DNA of 64,000 nt from positions 15,500,001 through 15,564,000 of the forward strand of contig OZ038378.1 of assembly GCA_964036045.1 (NCBI GenBank), read 5' to 3'. Below the pieces are notes generated by a model, which worked only from the letters and a program-made list of their open reading frames with translations, had not been told where the DNA came from and did not search any database. Positions 39,871-64,000 of this stretch are shown here, in pieces (within the stretch, counting starts at the first letter, position 1; the number at the start of each line of letters is the position of its first letter). A program made the translations under genes and the position numbers. Source of the stretch: Eutreptiella sp. 'Long Island Sound 2002' (taxonomy: Eukaryota; Protista; Euglenida).

Positions 39871-41341
39871 TCATTGGCTCGCATCCGCCACGGAGTGCGC
39901 TGGTACCCCCTCGGGAACCACACCATTTCACAAAACCCCACGTTGCCTGCAACCCCCCCCCCCCCTGGCACCCTGACCCTCCCCACCAAGCCCCCCCCCC
40001 CCCCGACCTACAGCCGGCAAGCGGCGGGTTGCTCTTTTCGGCCATGCCGGTAATGCATGGTGTCTTTATCCGACACTGATTGCTGATGTCTGACTGACAG
40101 CTACTGACTGTGATTGTCTGACTAATGTAGTCAGACATGATGTTCTGTTTTCTGTTTCAGACACAGTGTGTGTCTTGAGGTTTAACCAGGTTTGGCATAG
40201 AGAATAAAGATGCACTTATGCCTGACTGTGGAGTGCATTACCTCTGGTTTGCATTTGTCTGTTTTTTAATTAGGTCACACCCCCCGACCTACACCCCGCG
40301 CAAAATGCGTTTTTTAATTAACTGCCAATCTTCTGTGCAGACGCAAAACCCCCGCTTTGGGCCTTTGCTTTGTAGTTACAAGGTAAGTGTTGACAGTGAG
40401 TATACCTCAGATCCATTGGAAGCTGACAAGGTGAGTGTTGATCGTGCCAAGCGGCGAAAGGCCAAGGTTGCTTGCCCCCCCTCCGGGATGGTGCTCTTGA
40501 TGGTAGCAAATGTCCTCCAGCTCTCACACGTCACTCATGTAGGCCTTGCCGCGAGAGACCCGACTTGTCATCCCCCTCTATGGGGCCTAGTGTCTCCATA
40601 CAACCCGGAACTCTCATCATCCACTAACGGCTCCATTAAGCAGAGAATGGGAGGGCGGGCCCGAGGGAGTGTATGGGTTATGCCATTGCTAGGAGTGTAC
40701 ATAAATTTTCTCAAGGGTCGCAAGCGGTTGCAGGCGGTTGCGGGCAGTCGCAGGCAGTGAGCACCCCCCCGCCAAAGTGGTTTGCGGTGGGCCTCTTCAC
40801 TGGGTAAAATCTCTAGAAACATCAGAAAGGTGGTCACCATGCGCGCACCGTGCAACAACACCCCCACAGGGTCATATGCATTTGATAACGCTCTTGTTCT
40901 GCTCACTGTTGTATTGCTGATTCGAGAGCATTACCAATGGTGAAAAGGCACCTTCCATCCACAATGCGGAAAAAAGCAAACATCTAAAGCGCCCTATGAC
41001 GGCCAAATGTGTTCAAGCTTGCTTCTACAAAACCTTCGCACCTTCAGCATACCAATTGCTTTTGTTTGCTTTGATCTCTACACATGGCTTGCTCCTTTGT
41101 GAACGCCGCAAGGTCGAGGGTCACGGGATCGTGAGCACCCCCGTGTGGAGGGACACCACGGACGGCACATGTCCAACCGAATATTTCCTCGTGGAACGCC
41201 GTGCAGTCCACATACCACTCTACCCAGTAAGTATTAGTGGGTATTGAGGGAGGTAGCGAGACGGTTGACGATACGTGGCACCAGTTTTCCACCTTTCGTT
41301 TGTTAGACATGATCTTGCACTAACTTGTGCTTTGGTGTTAC

Positions 41342-57166
<15,825 letters not shown>

Positions 57167-58450
57167 GAGTGGGGGGTTGGCGCCACGTCTGTCGGGCGTC
57201 GACTTTTTCCTGTCCTTAGCAACCGCCTGTCAAAGCCCGCTCAGGTCGGCGACTGGAGCACGGCGGTTGACAGTACTCCGACGGCGCGACGATTTCCCCC
57301 CCTTTTGCATTTGCACATTTGGTCTTTGACCCCTCGCTTTGCCCAACCCCCCCCCCCCCCTCTTCCAAGACGTCCCTGGCGTCCGTCGTCGCCCACTCCC
57401 TCTTCGAGTGCAGCCTTTGTGTGATTGGGGCCATGCCCGGAGGGGCAGCCAGGGATCTTCATGTCCACCTCATGTCACACTTTGCAGTGCCCTCATGCAG
57501 CTCCAGACGTGCAAGAGCCCCCCGTCGCCAACAAACAATCGGAATGCGTTGCTCCGGATGGCGCCTTGCCACAGTCCTTATCCAGATTTGGCACAACCCC
57601 TGACCTCATCCGCATGACCCTCATGCCTATCCCACCCGCACCCGCACCGCGTTGCTCACGTGCTCAAGCGGACGCGGAAGATTGCGACGGCGGACAGTGA
57701 AGTGCGCCACGGGCGCGCCGGGACGGCGGTGACATAACCTCCACCGAGGGAGGCGGTCACCAAAGGTGAAGGGGCCTGATCCAGGGCAGGCGATTGCTTG
57801 GTGTGGCGGACACCCTTACCCCCGCCGGGAGGGGGAGGGGTCGGCCGGGGCTGGCCAGGGCCCCAAACGACCCCCCCACCCCCGGCCCCGGGGTCGCCAA
57901 GCAATAGCCCATTCCTGGGAGCCCGGAACTGCTGGCGGCTCCACTGCCGGACACCCCATGACCAGTGAATCCTGTCTCGCGATCTGACCCATGCGGGGGG
58001 TCCCTCCGTGCCACGGTGTTCCACCCCCCGCCCGGCGGCCAACACCCACACGAATTCCCACACGAGCGCACTCCTGCCCACATCCGCGCCTTGGTTCACA
58101 TTTTCGCTTGTGGGTGTCACCCAAAGGGCGGACCACGTCCTGCATTGCAACAGGGTCACCCTCCAGGGAACACGGGGTTTGCAAAGAGGAAGCAACGGAC
58201 GGCGGACCTGGCACGGTCAGAAAACGTCTGGCCATCGTAGGCGGACCGTAGGCACCCCCTCACCCTCTCCCTTGACCGACCACCTCACCCTTGTTCACAC
58301 CCGAAGCCGGCGTTTTTGAATGAAAAACGGCTCAGTGATGAAACAGCCCCCCCCCCCCCCCACCCCCCGGAGGTCAACGACCGGGGGGTGGGTCAGTCAT
58401 GACCTGACGAAGGTCTATTTGCAAGATATTTCACGTTCCGTGCAGTGATC

Positions 58451-58977
58451 GATGCACAGACCTGTGATAGATGCACAGACCTGTGATAGATGCACAGACC
58501 TGTGATAGATGCACAGACCTGTGATAGATGCACAGACCTGTGATAGATGCACAGACCTGTGATAGATGCACAGACCTGTGATAGATGCACAGACCTGTGA
58601 TAGATGCACAGACCTGTGATAGATGCACAGACCTGTGATAGATGCACAGACCTGTGATAGATGCACAGACCTGTGATAGATGCACAGACCTGTGATAGAT
58701 GCACAGACCTGTGATAGATGCACAGACCTGTGATAGATGCACAGACCTGTGATAGATGCACAGACCTGTGATAGATGCACAGACCTGTGATAGATGCACA
58801 GACCTGTGATAGATGCACAGACCTGTGATAGATGCACAGACCTGTGATAGATGCACAGACCTGTGATAGATGCACAGACCTGTGATAGATGCACAGACCT
58901 GTGATAGATGCACAGACCTGTGATAGATGCACAGACCTGTGATAGATGCACAGACCTGTGATAGATGCACAGACCTG
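58451..58977. repeat. Perfect 19-bp tandem array, about 27.7 copies
   Basis: Unit GATGCACAGACCTGTGATA with no variants seen; contains the palindromic core CACAG-AC-CTGTG. Confidence 0.98.
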
Positions 58978-60405
58978 CTTCGGTCGTCGGCTGCTGCGTA
59001 TGTGCAGCAGCTGTGACTGATGTTGCGTCCTCTCCATCAGATGCTGCTTGCCTGAACGCCATATGAAGGGCACGCCATTCCCCCGTGTCCAGCGGACTTC
59101 CATGTCGAATGAGCAATGGCATTCGAACTCTGTCGAGTGAACAGCAGCTGTCCGGATTGTATAAAGTTGGGACCCAGTGCAATGGAATCTCAAGTTTCAG
59201 GCGCCAGCATTTGAACCGAGAAATTGGGGGAATGAAGGGCAGATGTGATGTGTGTGTCGGGGCATTGTATAAATTGTATAAACTGCTGGCGGTGAGGCAC
59301 CAGGAACGTCTTCCCTGTGGGACCCCTTGCGTCCTGTGCTCAAGGGCGGGCTGTCGTTGTAATTGTTAGCCTACGGGCAGCGTGTGTGCAACGAGCCTCC
59401 TGGTCTACCGGGCAGTAGGTTTCCGAACCGTCTTTATCTGGAACTTTGGTGTTCGTTGGACAGGGGGGGCGGGGGGTGGGCAGGGGGACGGACCTGCTCA
59501 ATGAGTAACGGGGAGTCTCCACTTCCCCCGCTTTCCCACGGGTGAGTGTCAGTCACATGGTTTGTATCGGGCAGAGAGCGCTGGCGTTTGGAAAAAGTGG
59601 TACGAACGGCAGTTCCGAAAATGCGAAAATGCTGAGAGATTTGGCCCATATTCATCAATTCTCTCAGCTTGCGACAACTTCTTTCTTTTTTCATGAGGGG
59701 GACGGTTAGTCTGCCAGGCCTGCACCGGGTGTGCGCCGGGCATGATTTTTTTGCCAGTGATGCCACGCACCGGACACGCGTACTCGAGGCGTCCGGGGAC
59801 ATGGGTGTGGGCTATCTTAATGTGCATGCTCCACCACCGTGCATTTCGTATGCCCATGATATCGCCGGCTGCGAGCGCCTGGTGCAATGCAGGCGAGGGT
59901 GTAGTGGTCCCTGGATGTGTTGCTGCACGACCAGTTACGCTATTCGCTGTGCTCATATGCCCGCGAACACCATTCACTTGATGGTCCGAACTGTTCCGGT
60001 GTCGGAATGTAAAACGTAAACGGAAACAAGATCAATCACGTGTGGCGTGATCCGGATGTCCCTCATGACAGGCACCCTCTTTTGCGGCTTCGGTGGTACA
60101 AACCGGAGCGCCTGGCACGCGCCCCCCTGGACAGCATTGCTCTTTTCGATTTTGCTCCATGTCTCCCTCACACCGTTTCCCCAAGTTCTCCCGTTCCCCA
60201 CCATGTCCCTCCGCCTCCGTCCCGTCCAGTTCCCCGTCCTCCCGCCCTCCGGTGGTGAGCTGGTGAATGTCGGGGGCGGCGAGCGTACAGGCCCTGCACG
60301 CGATACATATGCCACCCATACATATGCCGCGATTCCTCCGAGGTACACTGTCGCCCCCCCCCCCCCCAAGATTCATGCCACACACGGACATGGACCCGCC
60401 ATCAG

Positions 60406-63159
60406 GTTGCATTTGAGGATCCTGGGCCCACACCAGAGAATGTATGCCGCACCACTGGCACGTGCATTCCTCAGCGGGTTTGCTTTGGGCCCTTCCAGCC
60501 CCCCCCCCCCCCCCCCGTCGTGTGCAGAAAGGACAGGGGCCGCAGCCTCTGCCCCTCAGCACCCCTGGCAGTTTGTTCATACCAGACCTCTCTCCGCCCT
60601 CCTGCGCTGGGCTGTATAGCCTTTTGGTGCGGAGCTCACGAACAGCCCTCGTGCCAATGCCCCTCGTGCCGAGTGCGCGACGGTAGTGCAACTGCCGCTG
60701 CCACTGCACACCGCTGGCCAGAGATCTGACCATATGTCCTTGACCGCCTTCAAGCCTTCCTCTTTGACCAGGGGAGTGGGGGCGTCCCTTCCCTGACATC
60801 GCCCCAGCGGCCCTTGCCTCAGCACGCCCCTCCGTCCCTGCTGCGTGCTGCTGCCTCCTTACTTGTGACCTGTCTCATCACTACCCCTGACCGATTACAA
60901 CTTCCATCGTGTACTGACCCGTTTTTTCTACCCCTTTCCCGCACCCAGTGCACTGCACCATGCCTCCCAGGCCCCTGAACACCAGTGCGTCACACATGTA
61001 CGTACGGGGTCCAGACCCGTCGCAGGTGCCCTTGCAGAGACACCCCAAACCCGCGAGCTGAGCTGCTGGACGAAGCCGTTGCACCAAACCCATGGCGATG
61101 GTGGAGGTCTGGCTCAAGCCTTGCCTCAAAGGCATCCGAAACACCCCCCGTGGGGTGGCCCAGGACGATCCCTGTTCATACGGCGCATTGGACTCAGAGG
61201 GGGGGGGGGGGGGGGCAAGCTGTTCAGGCCCCGCGGGACACGTCCCCATTTTCATGAAAGAGGCCACGGGGGCTGCTCCCGGCCAGGACCTGACCCCAAG
61301 GGGTGGGGGGGGAGGGGCTCTACAGACCCTAGAATGGTTGTACGGATCAACGGGTTTTGTGCGCGCTGGAGGCGCCTGAGATTTTGTTTTAAGTTTTTTT
61401 ATTTTACCCGAAGTGTCTATACTCAAAATACCCAGAGCTTTGAGGAGAATTGAACAATGGGTGAAGAACACAGAAAAACATTTTGATCCCGACCCGATCT
61501 CCGGGTCGGATCTTGGCTGATGTGAGCCTGAGTTTATGGGCAAAATTTTTTTGAACAATAATTTTACCCCCTTTGTGTATGTTCAAAATGATCAGCGCGT
61601 CATGGGGATCATTTTGAGGTGTGTATGTTTTGGGGTCCCCCCCCCCCCCGCCCGGGGACCCTGGTGGCTGACCGCCCGACCCGCCTACCCGGGTTTGGGT
61701 CAGCGAAGCCCCCCCTCCCCCCCTCCTCTAGAAACGGCTGAGCACCCTCAGCGGTCGGGTCCTGGCCGGGAACGCCCCCGTGAAAGAGTGTTTGGCACAC
61801 GGAGAAAATTAGTCTTAGCCCTAACATTTTGCAACACTTGCCCCCACCCCCCCCGCCCGCCCTTTCCCAAGGTTCCAAATTTGGTGCGTCTGTTTAACCC
61901 CCCGCCCCTTTTCAGTGCCCTCAAAAGCCTTGAAACAGCCCGCAGGCCCCTGTTCAGGCCACTCACAGGACCAGCCTGACTCCCCAGCCAAAACCCGAGC
62001 CTAATGACAGCCCAAAGTCCAGGGCAGCAAACGGCACGTGGGAAAATTATTGGGCTGAAGGATGACCCACAACCGAAATGAGTAAAGCAACAGCGGCACG
62101 AACGACGGGATCGATTCCAGCCGACAGGTGTCACGGGTGACGTGAACCAATGCGCAGACGGAATGTTGTCACAGGAGGGGCCGTGTTTGTCACCGTGGGT
62201 TCACATGATCAGTGCTGACCTCTGATCAAGCAATATTCGACAGTCGTCAGGCGAACGCAAGGCATCATTCGGCACAGACGCAGCCTTCTCTTAGCCACCA
62301 GGAACATAGCCACCGGACGTACCGGGTACCGGAGCGTTTCAGTGAACACGGTCTGGCACGTTGCGCACGCACGGCTTTGTCCAAGCCCAGGATCTCCATC
62401 TGACCGTCGTTTTCCCTGACCCCGGCCGAGTGGCGGCCAGAAAAGCAGATAATTCCGACAATTTGATATGGGGTCGGCTTTTGCTTTTGCCCAGCCCCAA
62501 CAGCACGGTGCACCTATGAAACTGGAGTGTGGCAGAGCAGGACGGTCTGGCATACACGGAAGCAGGCGTCTAGGCGACGCAAGCTATCAAGCGGCATTGC
62601 ACAGCTGTTTAGCAACGATGCATTGGCACAGCTTGAGCGAGATGACTACGCCGCCAAATTTCCACCAGGGGAAAAGGGGTTGGATACATACCTTGTGGAG
62701 ACGGATTTGCGGGGCAAGGCCCTCTGCAACATCACTGAGGTGCTCCTTTGTTGCACAACCAATGCCACAACAAATTGGTGGCGTTGCATGACCTCTCCAA
62801 GCCCCATCGTTCTGTTGTGTCCCTACCCGTAACCCTCCGGGGGAGACGGCGCGTCAGCCCTGGCAGCCACGTCTGCAACGTGCCTGGCTCCTGTCAGAGC
62901 CCGTGTGCTGGGCAGCGCTGCAGAAGATGGGCAGAAGCGCGCCTCCACACGCGCTCCGGCCCACACCTGCAGCAGCCAGACACCCTCAGGAACTGGTACC
63001 CGCCATCGTGCAAACACGGCCAAGGCCCAACAGCCCAGAGGATGTGCTGTTTCTGCCGTACTTTGGGACTAGGAAAGGGAAGGATGCTTTGCTCTTTGAC
63101 GTGGATGTGGACAATATCGTCCTACACTTGCAGCCCTCAGACGGAAGTGCAAACCAACG
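60406..63159 (+). CDS. Candidate exons of a further + strand gene of unknown function
   Basis: AG/GT-bounded open segments 60406-60477, 60620-60775, 62605-62739 (LFSNDALAQLERDDYAAKFPPGEKGLDTYLVETDLRGKALCNITE) and 62924/62990-63159 (…EDVLFLPYFGTRKGKDALLFDVDVDNIVLHLQ…), phase-0 compatible in pairs; no domain recognised; model incomplete. Confidence 0.4.
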
Positions 63160-64000
63160 GTGATTGTCCAAACAGCCCAGGCGAGGTGGTGTTTCTGTCC
63201 CTTTTTTGGGCTTGGGAATCGACGGACTCTTTGCTCTGTTGAGCTGGATGTGGAGCACTGAGGAGGAAACCTGCAGCCCCTGCACCGCTCGTTGGCATTT
63301 CCCTCAACCCGAGGAGTACACGTCTGTGTTGCGTCCAGGGGGTGGGGTCCCTTTTAGAAGCCTTTTCGCTTTTTCTTTTTCTGTTTTACGGGACTCTCAT
63401 CCACATCTGAAACCCTATCCATACCTTGTGCATCGTTGAGTATGGCCAAATCAGTACCCAAGGGTACTGCCCAAATCATTCTTGTGCACAGTGGTGACCA
63501 CGTTCGGTCAAGAAGTTCATCTTGCCACCATTTGCCATGGTGTTTCAGCTCAATTTCTATGCACACCGATGTTCCTGTACAGTTGTGGTGCTGTTCCCCG
63601 GGAGGGTAGCGGCAGGCTGTTGTACAGGTTGTAGGATATTACGAAGGGGGGAGGGTGCTTGAGGAGACTCAAAACGCAGCACTAAGGCATCAGAGATGTG
63701 GGGTTCCTCTGTTACAGTATGCACCAAGCGCACACCAGGCAGCTACTCCCCTTAGTACCATGGAATGTGATTGTTTGGCTCCACGAAGGGATGCTGATGT
63801 GGAACCCCACTTGCTTGAATACAAGCAGCAACAAAAGCTGCCAGAAACACGTTGGAGATGTCTGCTGTTTTCCCAAAATGTTCACAGGCTGCATACACCC
63901 ACACTATGCTGTCGAAGCAGTGAACCGGAAAGGGCTGAACCATTGGATCGCCACCCCCCCCCCCCCGCGACTAGAATGTTCTGGTGTAGCAATTTGAAAC

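Noticed and set aside
58393-59193. Three long minus-strand ORFs of repeated 19-aa units
   Set aside because: Artefact of the stop-free 19-bp tandem array; the same peptide appears in all three frames.

Overview
Eukaryotic, intron-rich, transposon-riddled genomic DNA with many poly-G/C runs and CA microsatellites. A protist such as a euglenid is an inference from sequence style only and is not demonstrated. I found no rRNA, tRNA, CRISPR or spliced-leader gene by eye. Main content: (1) a + strand gene of about 17 GT-AG exons (41342-57166), assembled by hand, whose N-terminal half is a long series of hydrophobic, probably membrane-spanning segments and whose C-terminus is a complete HECT E3 ubiquitin-ligase domain with catalytic Cys; two 1-nt frame problems lie in the linker. 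(2) A - strand coiled-coil/Ser-Pro-rich gene (exons 18690-18953 and 10639-11653). (3) A compact PIF/Harbinger-like DDE element with TIRs, 3-bp TSD and C-terminal B-box-like Zn finger, plus a MITE of the same family. (4) Two hAT-type MITEs with 8-bp TSDs. (5) A nest of about 9 kb of decayed Penelope-like retroelements with GIY-YIG - CxC - RT order. (6) A LINE remnant. (7) Tandem arrays, including a 46-bp hairpin minisatellite with apparent compensatory changes and a perfect 19-bp array. All domain calls are motif recognition by eye, not database hits.
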